Source: Candidatus Thioglobus vulcanius (GTDB lineage: Bacteria; Pseudomonadota; Gammaproteobacteria; PS1; Pseudothioglobaceae). Taken from it: 64,000 nucleotides of DNA. How positions within the stretch are numbered: the stretch's first letter is position 1; every line of letters begins with the position of its first letter. The DNA lies in NCBI GenBank assembly GCA_910595855.1, contig CAJVCJ010000021.1, forward strand, positions 13,534-77,533, given 5' to 3'. Of the stretch, positions 41,831 through 50,221 are shown piece by piece. Position numbers and translations under genes: made by a program. Below the pieces are notes generated by a model that saw only the letters and a list, made by a program, of their open reading frames with translations, did not search any database and was not told the origin of the DNA.

Positions 41831-42622
41831 ATGAACAAACTAACTTTGATTGCATTCTCATTCTCATTCTCATTTTTATCTGCATGTTCGCCTTCTATGC
41901 CAAGCATGCCACAGCTTCCTGATATGCCGGATATTATTCCTGATATGTCATTGCCAACGCTTTATAAGGATGATATCAATCAAGGTTCAGTTTTAGATAG
42001 ATTCAAGATTAATCAACTTAAGCTTGGCATGTCACAAGCACAAGTGCAAGATTTAATTGGCTCGCCAAGCATTATTGATCCGTTTCATAACAAACAATGG
42101 AACTACATCAATCATTCTACTTTGCATGAAAAAGACGATATTCATTACCGTTTGACATTAACCTTTAGCAATAAAAAACTAACAGAAATTGACACATCAG
42201 GCATTAGCAGTCTATCCGCATTAACCAAGAAAGAAAAAGAACTAGAAGACCAGCGCATTGCAGAAGAAAAAGCAGCGGTAGTAGCAGCTAAAAAAATAGC
42301 TGCTGAAAAGCTTGCTGCTGAAAAGCTTGCTGCTGAAAAGCTTGCTGCTGAAAAAGCACGTGCAGCAGAACAGGCTCGACTCGCTAACGAACAGCGAATT
42401 GCCAATGAAAAACTTGCTACTGAAAAAGCTCAAGCTGAAGCTTTAAAAAAAAAGAACGAACTAGCACAAATTAAGCAGCGCAAAGCTAACCAACAAAAAG
42501 CCATTAAAGCTGCTGAGGAAAAAATAATCATTCAGCAGCCTAAGTCAACAACTAACAACAAACCTCCAGTACCGCCTAAAGAAGAAGAAAGTACAGATAA
42601 GCCTTGGTATCAATTCTGGTAG
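41831..42622 (+). CDS. bamE: BamE (SmpA/OmlA) lipoprotein with a ~140-aa Ala/Lys/Glu-rich C-terminal extension
   Basis: Lipobox FLSACS. BamE core DINQGSVL...LKLGMSQAQVQDLIGSP...DPF...W.Y...TLTFSNKKLTEID. This is followed by an (AEKLA)n tract and ends PWYQFW. Divergent from fur, as recalled for Pseudomonas omlA-fur. Confidence 0.85.
   Translation: MNKLTLIAFSFSFSFLSACSPSMPSMPQLPDMPDIIPDMSLPTLYKDDINQGSVLDRFKINQLKLGMSQAQVQDLIGSPSIIDPFHNKQWNYINHSTLHEKDDIHYRLTLTFSNKKLTEIDTSGISSLSALTKKEKELEDQRIAEEKAAVVAAKKIAAEKLAAEKLAAEKLAAEKARAAEQARLANEQRIANEKLATEKAQAEALKKKNELAQIKQRKANQQKAIKAAEEKIIIQQPKSTTNNKPPVPPKEEESTDKPWYQFW
41853..41876 (+). repeat. Hexanucleotide repeat (CATTCT)x3 + CATTTT inside the bamE signal-peptide codons
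   Basis: Read directly. Encodes FSFSFSF. Confidence 0.9.
42299..42357 (+). repeat. 15-bp in-frame tandem repeat (GCTGCTGAAAAGCTT) x3 plus a partial fourth copy
   Basis: Three perfect units at 42299-42343 and a diverged partial unit. Encodes AAEKL x3. Confidence 0.95.
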
Positions 42623-42634
42623 GACTGTCAATTC

Positions 42635-43237
42635 ATGTCATCACTTGTTATTAGCGATTTAGATTGTCAAAGAGGCTACAATCAGCTCTTTAGCAATCTA
42701 TCTTTTCAGGTAAGTGCTGGCGAGGTATTGCGTATTACTGGCACAAATGGCAGTGGTAAAACATCCTTATTAAAAATTTTAGCAGGCATTAGTGCGAGCG
42801 AGAATGGCGACATTAATTGGGAAAACCATTTAGTTAAATCTGACGAATACCAACAAGAAATTTTCTATCTTGGTCATCATGCAGCATTAAGTGGTGAACT
42901 GAACAGTCTTGAAAATTTAGAATTTTTAAGTGCCTTAAATAAAAGCACCGATCAACGTAAACTAATCCAAGCATTAAACGATATTGGCCTTAAAGGTTAT
43001 GAAGAGGAATATTGCACCAACCTTTCTGCTGGACAAAAACGTCGTGTTATTTTGGCTGGACTTTTTGTGTCAACAGCCAAAATATGGCTACTAGATGAGC
43101 CTTTTACTGCACTAGACCCTGCGGGCGTAAAGATTGTAGAAAGTCGAATTGAACAACACTGTCAAAATGGTGGTTTGTGTATATTTACCACTCATCAAGA
43201 TTCAGCATTGGCCAATCAACGAGTGTTGGCATTATGA
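42635..43237 (+). CDS. ccmA: Cytochrome c maturation heme exporter ATP-binding protein
   Basis: 200 aa. GTNGSGKTS, LSAGQKRR, WLLDEP. Followed by ccmB. Confidence 0.85.
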   Translation: MSSLVISDLDCQRGYNQLFSNLSFQVSAGEVLRITGTNGSGKTSLLKILAGISASENGDINWENHLVKSDEYQQEIFYLGHHAALSGELNSLENLEFLSALNKSTDQRKLIQALNDIGLKGYEEEYCTNLSAGQKRRVILAGLFVSTAKIWLLDEPFTALDPAGVKIVESRIEQHCQNGGLCIFTTHQDSALANQRVLAL

Positions 43238-43899
43238 ATGTTTATATAAAAACACTGAGTCGTGACCTACGCGTTGCTCTACGCAATCCTTCTAGTGTGC
43301 TCAATCCTTTACTGTTTTTTGTTATTTCTGTCTCTCTATTTCCACTAGCCATTAGCCCAGAAGCAGCCACACTTTCACAAATTGCTGCCGGTATTATTTG
43401 GGTGGCAAGCATGCTAGCTGTACTATTATCACTTAATGCCCTTTTTCATCATGATTACGAAAATGGTGTTTTAGAGCAAATGGTTAGTTCGCATCATTCT
43501 CTACCCTTATTAATACTATCTAAAATTTTTGCACATTGGCTACTCACTGGTATTCCAATTATTTTGCTATCGCCTTTATTAGGTGTCTTTTTATTTTTAG
43601 ACGATGAAGGTATAAAAGTATTAATGATTACCCTGCTATTAGCCACACCCAGCTTAAGTCTGATTGGTAGTATTGGTGCTTCGCTGATTGTTGGGGTTAA
43701 AAATTCAGGCATGTTGTTGTCGTTATTAATCTTACCACTCTATATCCCTATTCTAATTTTTGCTTCAAGTGCTGTATCTCAAGCCCAGTTTGGTCTCGCT
43801 ATTGATGGACAATTATATTTCTTGGCAATGTTTTTAGTGCTTAGTCTAATGAGCGCACCGCTTGTCAGCGCTATCGCTCTAAAAATAAGCCTGGAATAA
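43234..43899 (+). CDS. ccmB: Cytochrome c maturation heme exporter permease
   Basis: MNVYIKTLSRDLRVALRNP..., six hydrophobic helices. ATGA overlap with the ccmA stop. The track start at 43177 is unlikely. Confidence 0.85.
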   Translation: MNVYIKTLSRDLRVALRNPSSVLNPLLFFVISVSLFPLAISPEAATLSQIAAGIIWVASMLAVLLSLNALFHHDYENGVLEQMVSSHHSLPLLILSKIFAHWLLTGIPIILLSPLLGVFLFLDDEGIKVLMITLLLATPSLSLIGSIGASLIVGVKNSGMLLSLLILPLYIPILIFASSAVSQAQFGLAIDGQLYFLAMFLVLSLMSAPLVSAIALKISLE

Positions 43900-43911
43900 G
43901 TTGTACTTTTT

Positions 43912-43920
43912 TGTTATAAT
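43912..43920 (+). promoter_or_regulatory. Extended -10 promoter element (TGtTATAAT) for metK
   Basis: Read directly. The predicted TSS falls just before the structured leader. Confidence 0.45.
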
Positions 43921-43928
43921 AACTTAAC

Positions 43929-43989
43929 ACGCTGATTTGTCCCGATTGCTAGCGTTACTACCTAGAGTAGTTAAAACAAGCTAAAGCAG
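43929..43989 (+). promoter_or_regulatory. Candidate SAM-responsive H-type pseudoknot leader (SAM-II/SAM-V-like) upstream of metK
   Basis: Stem ACGCU(43929-33)/AGCGU(43951-55). The loop holds GAUUUG and UUGCU, and UUGCU can pair with AGCAG (43985-89). The 3' linker is A-rich (UUAAAACAAGCUAAAGC). The match to the SAM-II consensus is from memory only. Confidence 0.4.
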
Positions 43990-44005
43990 GCGTTCTTCTT
44001 AACTG

Positions 44006-44031
44006 AAAACCCTTCTTAATTATGGGTTTTT
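44006..44031 (+). terminator. Terminator-like hairpin in the metK leader (possible expression platform)
   Basis: AAAACCC-N11-GGGTTTT followed by T. Lies 25 nt before the metK ATG and upstream of the AAGGAG SD. Confidence 0.45.
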
Positions 44032-44055
44032 AACGTTCACAAGGAGAACTAAATA

Positions 44056-45189
44056 ATGATATTTACTTCTGAATCGGTGTCTGCAGGACACCCTGATAAG
44101 GTTTGCGATCAAATTTCTGACGCAATTTTAGACGCTGCATTAACACAAGACAAAAACTCACGAGTTGCTGTTGAAACTTTAGTTAAAGACAATCATGTAG
44201 TGCTAGCTGGTGAAATCACCACAGGTGCCAAGATTGACTATGAGAAAATCGTACGCGAAACCATTATTGGTATTGGCTATGATAAAGAAGAATACGGCTT
44301 TAATGGTCATACCTGCGATTTAACCAATTTATTGGGTGAGCAATCACAAGATATTGCCATGGGTGTTGATGAATTTACAGATCATGAGCAAGGTGCTGGC
44401 GATCAAGGCTTAATGTTTGGTTATGCTTGTGACGCAACTGATGTTTACATGCCTGCACCAATCTTGTATGCCCACCGTTTGGTGGCTAAGCAAGCTGAGC
44501 TAATGAAAAATGGCACACTACCGTGGTTACGTCCAGATGCAAAATCACAAGTATCTTGTATTTATGATGGTCATAAAATTGTTGGTATTGATGGGGTGGT
44601 ATTATCAACTCAGCATGACGCCGATATTTCATTAGACGATTTACGTGAAGCAATTTTAGAAGAAGTTATTAAGCCAGTATTGCCAGAAAAATGGCTTACT
44701 GACTCAACCAAATTTCACATCAACCCAACGGGTAATTTTGTCATTGGTGGCCCCGTGGGTGACGCCGGCCTAACAGGCCGTAAAATTATTGTTGATACTT
44801 ATGGTGGCATGGCTCGTCATGGTGGCGGTGCTTTTTCTGGAAAAGACCCTTCAAAGGTAGATCGATCTGCAGCTTATGCAACTCGCTATGTGGCTAAAAA
44901 TGTTGTTGCCGCTGGTTTAGCACATCGCTGCGAAATACAAGTATCTTATGCCATTGGTGTAGCTGAGCCAACATCGATCAGTGTTGAAACTTTTGGCACT
45001 GGCATAATCTCTAATGATGCAATTGAAGCACTAGTACGTGAACATTTTGACTTACGCCCAAAGGGTTTAATCGCTATGCTAGATTTGAAACGTCCGATCT
45101 ATCAACAAACAGCTAGTTATGGTCACTTTGGTCGTACAGAAGATGACATCAGTTGGGAAAAAACCGATCGCACTCATTTGTTGAAATAA
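44056..45189 (+). CDS. metK: S-adenosylmethionine synthase
   Basis: 377 aa. [55 protein letters not shown]. Confidence 0.98.
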   Translation: MIFTSESVSAGHPDKVCDQISDAILDAALTQDKNSRVAVETLVKDNHVVLAGEITTGAKIDYEKIVRETIIGIGYDKEEYGFNGHTCDLTNLLGEQSQDIAMGVDEFTDHEQGAGDQGLMFGYACDATDVYMPAPILYAHRLVAKQAELMKNGTLPWLRPDAKSQVSCIYDGHKIVGIDGVVLSTQHDADISLDDLREAILEEVIKPVLPEKWLTDSTKFHINPTGNFVIGGPVGDAGLTGRKIIVDTYGGMARHGGGAFSGKDPSKVDRSAAYATRYVAKNVVAAGLAHRCEIQVSYAIGVAEPTSISVETFGTGIISNDAIEALVREHFDLRPKGLIAMLDLKRPIYQQTASYGHFGRTEDDISWEKTDRTHLLK

Positions 45190-45196
45190 ATTTATT

Positions 45197-45205
45197 TGGT
45201 ATAAT
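45197..45205 (+). promoter_or_regulatory. Extended -10 promoter element (TGgTATAAT) for ahcY
   Basis: Read directly. The predicted TSS falls about 7 nt before the riboswitch P1. Confidence 0.45.
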
Positions 45206-45212
45206 AACCAAA

Positions 45213-45283
45213 CTGCCAAGGAGCGTTGCGTTGAAATTAGTTTCAATCAGGCTTGGCGATCAGAATCATAAAACGACGCTCAT
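45213..45283 (+). promoter_or_regulatory. SAH riboswitch (S-adenosylhomocysteine-sensing leader of ahcY)
   Basis: P1 GCCAAG/CUUGGC. Conserved core AGGAGCGUUGCG. P2 UUGAAA-uuag-UUUCAA. Then CAGGCU, and a downstream AACGACGCUCA whose CGCUC pairs with GAGCG as a pseudoknot. This matches the recalled consensus, and the element sits in front of ahcY, its classic context. Confidence 0.85.
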
Positions 45284-45310
45284 TTTTTTAAATTTTCTAA
45301 AGGAGAAAAA

Positions 45311-46681
45311 ATGAGCAACAATACTTTAAACAATAACGACTATAAAGTAGCTGACATGAGCTTGGCTGATTACGGCCGCAAGGAAGTGGAACTAGCAGAA
45401 GCAGAGATGCCTGCGCTGATGACACTACGTAATAAATATCGCAACGAACAACCTCTAAAAGATGCTCGCATCTTAGGTTGTATTCACATGACCATTCAGA
45501 CAGCTGTATTAATGGAAACTTTAGTTGATTTAGGTGCTGAAGTTCGCTGGTCAAGTTGCAATATCTTTTCAACACAAGATCATGCAGCAGCCGCTATGGT
45601 AGCCGCAGACATCCCTACTTTTGCCTGGAAAGGTGAAACTGAAGAAGAATTCTTATGGTGTATCGAGCAAACTATTTTAGACAATGGCAAGCCTTGGAAC
45701 GCCAACATGGTGCTTGATGATGGTGGTGACCTTACTCAAATGCTTCATGAAAAATATCCAGAAATGCTTAATGACATTCACGGTATTAGTGAAGAAACCA
45801 CAACGGGTGTTCACCGTTTACTAGAAATGATGGAAGAAGGCTCATTGAAAGTGCCAGCTATCAACGTTAACGATTCAGTGACTAAATCTAAGAACGATAA
45901 CAAATATGGCTGTCGTCACTCATTAAACGATGCTATTAAGCGTGGTACTGATATGCTAATGTCAGGCAAAAAAGCGCTAGTAATTGGCTATGGTGATGTT
46001 GGAAAAGGTTCGGCACAGTCGCTTCGTCAAGAAGGTATGATCGTTAAAATTTCAGAAATTGATCCAATTTGTGCCATGCAAGCTTGCATGGATGGATTTG
46101 AAATTGTATCGCCTTACAATGGTGGTATCAACACTGGCACAGTAGCTGGCATCGATACACTTTTATTAGGTACAACTGATCTAATTGTAACCACAACTGG
46201 AAACATGAACGTATGTGATGATGCAATGCTTCAAACACTTAAAGCAGGCGCTGTCGTTTGTAATATTGGCCATTTCGACAACGAAATTGACACACAATAT
46301 ATGCGTGACAATTGGCAATGGGATGAAGTAAAGCCTCAGGTTCACCGCATCTTTAGAAGTGATGATAAATCTGATTACTTAATTTTATTATCTGAAGGTC
46401 GTCTGGTTAATCTAGGTAACGCAACTGGCCATCCAAGTCGTATCATGGACGGTTCATTTGCCAACCAAGTTTTGGCTCAAATGCATTTATTTGATGAAAA
46501 ATTTGCTGATAATGGTGGCGATATTTACGTTGAAGTTCTGCCTAAGAAACTTGACGAAGAAGTGGCCGCTGGTATGGTTGGTGGTTTTGGCGGTGTATTA
46601 ACGACACTTACTGATGCTCAAGCTAAATACATCAATGTACCTAAAGAAGGTCCATTTAAGCCAGAATCTTATAAATACTAG
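45311..46681 (+). CDS. ahcY: Adenosylhomocysteinase
   Basis: 456 aa. [41 protein letters not shown]. Confidence 0.97.
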   Translation: MSNNTLNNNDYKVADMSLADYGRKEVELAEAEMPALMTLRNKYRNEQPLKDARILGCIHMTIQTAVLMETLVDLGAEVRWSSCNIFSTQDHAAAAMVAADIPTFAWKGETEEEFLWCIEQTILDNGKPWNANMVLDDGGDLTQMLHEKYPEMLNDIHGISEETTTGVHRLLEMMEEGSLKVPAINVNDSVTKSKNDNKYGCRHSLNDAIKRGTDMLMSGKKALVIGYGDVGKGSAQSLRQEGMIVKISEIDPICAMQACMDGFEIVSPYNGGINTGTVAGIDTLLLGTTDLIVTTTGNMNVCDDAMLQTLKAGAVVCNIGHFDNEIDTQYMRDNWQWDEVKPQVHRIFRSDDKSDYLILLSEGRLVNLGNATGHPSRIMDGSFANQVLAQMHLFDEKFADNGGDIYVEVLPKKLDEEVAAGMVGGFGGVLTTLTDAQAKYINVPKEGPFKPESYKY

Positions 46682-46705
46682 ATTCAAGCTTTAGTAAAAT
46701 AGTAC

Positions 46706-46751
46706 ATTCCCCGCAAGGGAATATAAATGCGGCTTTCGAGCCGCATTTTTT
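46706..46751 (+). terminator. Tandem hairpins after ahcY; the second is a rho-independent terminator
   Basis: ATTCCC-cgcaa-GGGAAT, then ATGCGGCT-ttcg-AGCCGCAT followed by T6. Confidence 0.85.
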
Positions 46752-46905
46752 ATGTCATTTTCAATATTTACTAAATTTATAATAACTACAAATACAATTA
46801 GATAAAAATAGCCATAAATACTAATAAAATGGTATATTTTGGCTAAAATTTAATAATTTATAGCATTATATTGAAAATAATGAATATTTTTATACGGAAA
46901 AAACC

Positions 46906-47889
46906 ATGATTGACCCTATTTTTACCAATAATAAAAAATTTGAACAAGAATTTTCCAATAATTTGGAAAAAATGCTAGAAAATGATGAGCTAGGCGTGTT
47001 TATTTTAGTACTTGCTAATGCATTGTCTGATGAAAAACTCTGGCGACAACTTAAACCAGGTTTAAAGCAAAAATTTGAACAGCTTAAATCAAAAGAACCT
47101 CAAGGCGCAGCTGATGATATTGATGTTTTTAATCAACTGATTGAGTTAGATTTAAACGATCTTGAAGTGACTAACTATAAAGATCTTGGTAACTTTGAAT
47201 TGCAATACAACCGATTAAGAGCCTTGCGTCCAAAAAGAATGTCTGGCGTAAGCACTAAAGGAATGAGTCTTGATTTTGATGAGAATACTTTTAACTTCAA
47301 TAAGCCGTTTTTACAAAAAGAGTTGTTTTGGCAGGGTAAGTTTTTTTCGAAAAATATATCACTTTTTTACAATAAATTCCCATTTGCTAAGCTTCACGGC
47401 TTAGTGGTGGTTGAAGCCGAACAGCAACACCCTCAATTAATGAGCGCTGAGCTTCATCAGTTTGCTTGGATGATGGCCAACAGTATTGGCTTAAACATTA
47501 AAGGCTTTAGTTTGGCTTACAATTCCTATGGCGCTTATGCATCGGTGAATCATTTTCACCTACAATGCTTTATTAGAGAAAAGCCTCTACCAATTGAAAA
47601 CAACGACAAGCATCCATTGATAAACTATTGGTTTAATTCAGTTGGTGATGCTTGGGAATTTATTGAAAGCTTACATCGTGATGAGCAGCCTTATCATTTG
47701 ATTTATCGCGATCAAGCTATTTTATGTGTTGTCCGTCAGCGTCAAGATGACTACAAGCATGCTGATTGGACCTCTGGCTACGCTTGGTATGAAGCTTGTG
47801 GTGGTTTGAGCACTTACACACTGGAAGATTTTGATCAGCTAACTGAAGCGCAACTTAATAAAGAATTATTAAAATTAAAAATAACCTAG
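46906..47889 (+). CDS. GalT/Apa-branch HIT-superfamily nucleotidyltransferase/phosphorylase-like protein
   Basis: 327 aa. LFYNKFPFAKLHGLVVV and NSYGAYASVNHFHLQCF, an HxHxQ triad variant as in Ap4A phosphorylase, GDP-L-galactose phosphorylase and APS:phosphate adenylyltransferase. Confidence 0.6.
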   Translation: MIDPIFTNNKKFEQEFSNNLEKMLENDELGVFILVLANALSDEKLWRQLKPGLKQKFEQLKSKEPQGAADDIDVFNQLIELDLNDLEVTNYKDLGNFELQYNRLRALRPKRMSGVSTKGMSLDFDENTFNFNKPFLQKELFWQGKFFSKNISLFYNKFPFAKLHGLVVVEAEQQHPQLMSAELHQFAWMMANSIGLNIKGFSLAYNSYGAYASVNHFHLQCFIREKPLPIENNDKHPLINYWFNSVGDAWEFIESLHRDEQPYHLIYRDQAILCVVRQRQDDYKHADWTSGYAWYEACGGLSTYTLEDFDQLTEAQLNKELLKLKIT

Positions 47890-47915
47890 TAATATTGATA
47901 TTTTTTTTCAAATCG

Positions 47916-47929
47916 TTTTTTTTTTTTTT
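47916..47929. repeat. Homopolymeric T14 tract (preceded by T8 at 47901-47908)
   Basis: Read directly in the intergenic region after the HIT-like gene. Confidence 0.95.
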
Positions 47930-47943
47930 GCTATACTTGCCTT

Positions 47944-47972
47944 GTTATTAAACATCCTCAATGTTTAATAAC
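47944..47972. other. Perfect 12-bp inverted repeat GTTATTAAACAT-cctca-ATGTTTAATAAC
   Basis: Read directly. No flanking T-run, so it is either an operator or a weak hairpin. Confidence 0.7.
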
Positions 47973-48013
47973 TGCTAAAAAAGGTTTTATCTCCATATTT
48001 CTTTTTTAGTATC

Positions 48014-48062
48014 TTGGGGGCTTCATGTTAAATCTTCTCGGCTTTATAAAAAAAGCCCCCAA
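48014..48062. other. 10-bp GC-cored inverted repeat TTGGGGGCTT-N29-AAGCCCCCAA with a competing inner stem
   Basis: Read directly. The inner alternative is GGCTTT(48040-45)/AAAGCC(48052-57). Lies about 100 nt upstream of glyQ. Confidence 0.6.
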
Positions 48063-48157
48063 CCTTTCACATCATCTGTATTTACAAATACCTTATCGAG
48101 TAAGACTTGATGCGGTAAAATTTTTGTAATTTTTAGACTTATTTAAGCTGATTTATT

Positions 48158-49057
48158 ATGTCAATTTCAGAGCTAGATGCAACTGCCTCTTTTCAAAATT
48201 TAATCTTAAAGCTACAAACTTTTTGGGCATCAAAAGGTTGCACATTGTTACAACCTTTTGACATGGAAATGGGTGCAGGCACCTTCCATCCAGCAACTTT
48301 TTTACGCGCTATTGGCCCTGAGCCATGGAATGCAGCTTATGTTCAACCGTCACGCCGTCCAACTGATGGTCGCTATGGTAAGAACCCAAATCGCTTACAG
48401 CACTATTATCAGTTTCAAGTTATTCTTAAGCCATCCCCTAAAAATATTCAAGATTTATATCTAGAATCTTTAGCGGAAATTGGCATTGATTTAACCAAGC
48501 ACGATGTTCGTTTTGTTGAGGATAACTGGGAATCACCAACGTTAGGCGCTTGGGGATTGGGCTGGGAGATTTGGCTTAATGGCATGGAAGTATCTCAATT
48601 TACCTATTTTCAGCAGATTGGTGGCTTAGCTTGCAAACCTGTTGCGGGTGAGTTAACTTATGGTCTTGAACGATTAGCCATGTACCTTCAAGGTGTTGAC
48701 TCTGTGTTTGATTTAGTTTGGACTGAAGGTGTTAGCTATGGCGATGTATTCCATCAAAATGAAGTTGAGCAATCAACCTATAATTTTGAAATCGCTGATA
48801 CTGACGTATTGTTTAAGCAGTTTGATGAAGCGGAAGCCATGAATCAGCAATTGATTGAAAAAGCCTTATCGTATCCTGCTTACGAGCAAGTCATGAAAGC
48901 CTCTCACTTATTTAACCTACTTGATGCCCGCCATGCAATTAGTGTGACAGATCGTGCTCGCTTTATTCGTCGAGTGCGTGCCATGAGCCAAAAAGTAGCA
49001 CAAACATATTATGATTCACGCGAAGCGTTAGGCTTTCCAATGGTGAAAGATAGCTAA
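48158..49057 (+). CDS. glyQ: Glycine--tRNA ligase alpha subunit
   Basis: 299 aa. [42 protein letters not shown]. Confidence 0.97.
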   Translation: MSISELDATASFQNLILKLQTFWASKGCTLLQPFDMEMGAGTFHPATFLRAIGPEPWNAAYVQPSRRPTDGRYGKNPNRLQHYYQFQVILKPSPKNIQDLYLESLAEIGIDLTKHDVRFVEDNWESPTLGAWGLGWEIWLNGMEVSQFTYFQQIGGLACKPVAGELTYGLERLAMYLQGVDSVFDLVWTEGVSYGDVFHQNEVEQSTYNFEIADTDVLFKQFDEAEAMNQQLIEKALSYPAYEQVMKASHLFNLLDARHAISVTDRARFIRRVRAMSQKVAQTYYDSREALGFPMVKDS

Positions 49058-49063
49058 ACTTGC

Positions 49064-49636
49064 ATGAAAATTTTTTCTAAACTTTATCAAAAATCATTAG
49101 ATTGGGCGCAAAGTAAATTTGCCATTTATTGGTTAGCGGTTGTTAGTTTTTTAGAATCTAGCGTTTTACCCTACCCGCCACCTGATATTTTATTGGCACC
49201 AATGGCTTTACAACGAACTGATAAAGCCTATTATTTTGCCTTTATAGCAACTATATTCTCAGTGTTAGGTGGATTAGTGGGCTATCTACTTGGCGATATT
49301 TTGCTTAGTTTTTTACTTAATTATGGGCTTATTAAGCCTGTATCAGTTGATTTGATTAAAGAATTTTTTGATCAATATGGTATTTTGGTAGTTGGTATTG
49401 CTGCGTTCAGCCCCATTCCTTATAAGCTTGCTACCATTAGTGCTGGCAGCATGGCAATGCCTTTATTGCCATTTATTGCTATTTCATTAGTGGCTCGTGG
49501 TGCTCGCTATTATCTAGTTGCTGGACTGGTTAAAGCCTACGGTAGTGCTTGCGACCAATGGTTACAAAAGTACATGGATCGCTTAGGCTATGGGTTGGTT
49601 GTATTGGTTATTTTTGGAGCTTGGTATGTGGGTTAA
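49064..49636 (+). CDS. YqaA/DedA-superfamily inner-membrane protein
   Basis: 190 aa, several TM helices. FLESSVLPYPPPDILLAPMAL motif region. Confidence 0.7.
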   Translation: MKIFSKLYQKSLDWAQSKFAIYWLAVVSFLESSVLPYPPPDILLAPMALQRTDKAYYFAFIATIFSVLGGLVGYLLGDILLSFLLNYGLIKPVSVDLIKEFFDQYGILVVGIAAFSPIPYKLATISAGSMAMPLLPFIAISLVARGARYYLVAGLVKAYGSACDQWLQKYMDRLGYGLVVLVIFGAWYVG

Positions 49637-50204
49637 ATTATTTAGTGTCGTGATTTTACTGTCTCTAAATGGTTGTTATTCTCAAGCACCAAAACAAGCG
49701 ATTATCGTTATTGAAAAATCTTCAAATTTGGAGAATATCAATCATCAGCGTTTCGGAAAAATAGATAAAGTTGAGAAAAAAACTCGCAGAATAACAGACT
49801 ATACAGTCATTAAAAAAGTACATAAGACTCAGAAAAAAAATGTAGCAAAAACTCACAAGGCGTCTTCAAGTTGGAAGACGCCAATCAACAGTAAAGTAAG
49901 TAAAACCTACTCTAAAAAACACCCAGGTTTAACTTTTAGTTCACATCAGGGGCAAGAAGTACGTGTTATTCGCGATGGAAAAATTATCTACATTGGCGAT
50001 AAAATGAAAAGTTATGGGCAAATGATTATCGTTCGCCATCCACTTGGGTTTAATAGTACCTACACTCAAACCCAATCATTACAAGCCTCTCTGGGTGATT
50101 CGGTTGATAAAGGACAAGTCATTGCAATGACAACTGATCAGCCTTTTTACTTTGAAATGACCAAATTTGAGCAAACGATTAATCCGCTCAAATATTTGAA
50201 ATAA
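49626..50204 (+). CDS. Lipoprotein with a degenerate LytM (M23-like) domain, probably non-catalytic
   Basis: Start MWVKLFSVVILLSLNGC (lipobox) at 49626. The C-terminal GQEVRVIRDGKIIYIGD...GQMIIVRHPLGFNSTY lacks the HxxxD and HxH zinc ligands. Confidence 0.7.
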   Translation: MWVKLFSVVILLSLNGCYSQAPKQAIIVIEKSSNLENINHQRFGKIDKVEKKTRRITDYTVIKKVHKTQKKNVAKTHKASSSWKTPINSKVSKTYSKKHPGLTFSSHQGQEVRVIRDGKIIYIGDKMKSYGQMIIVRHPLGFNSTYTQTQSLQASLGDSVDKGQVIAMTTDQPFYFEMTKFEQTINPLKYLK

Positions 50205-50221
50205 GCGCTAAAATATTTATT

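Noticed and set aside
42145-42433. Antisense ORFs (86 and 63 aa) rich in FSAAS/FFSSK repeats
   Set aside because: They are mirror images of the bamE (AAEKL)n repeat region. Repeat symmetry keeps the opposite strand open.
47890-48157. T-box leader for glyQ
   Set aside because: The region has no T-box consensus or specifier-loop architecture, and the organism is Gram-negative. The structures are kept only as unexplained features.
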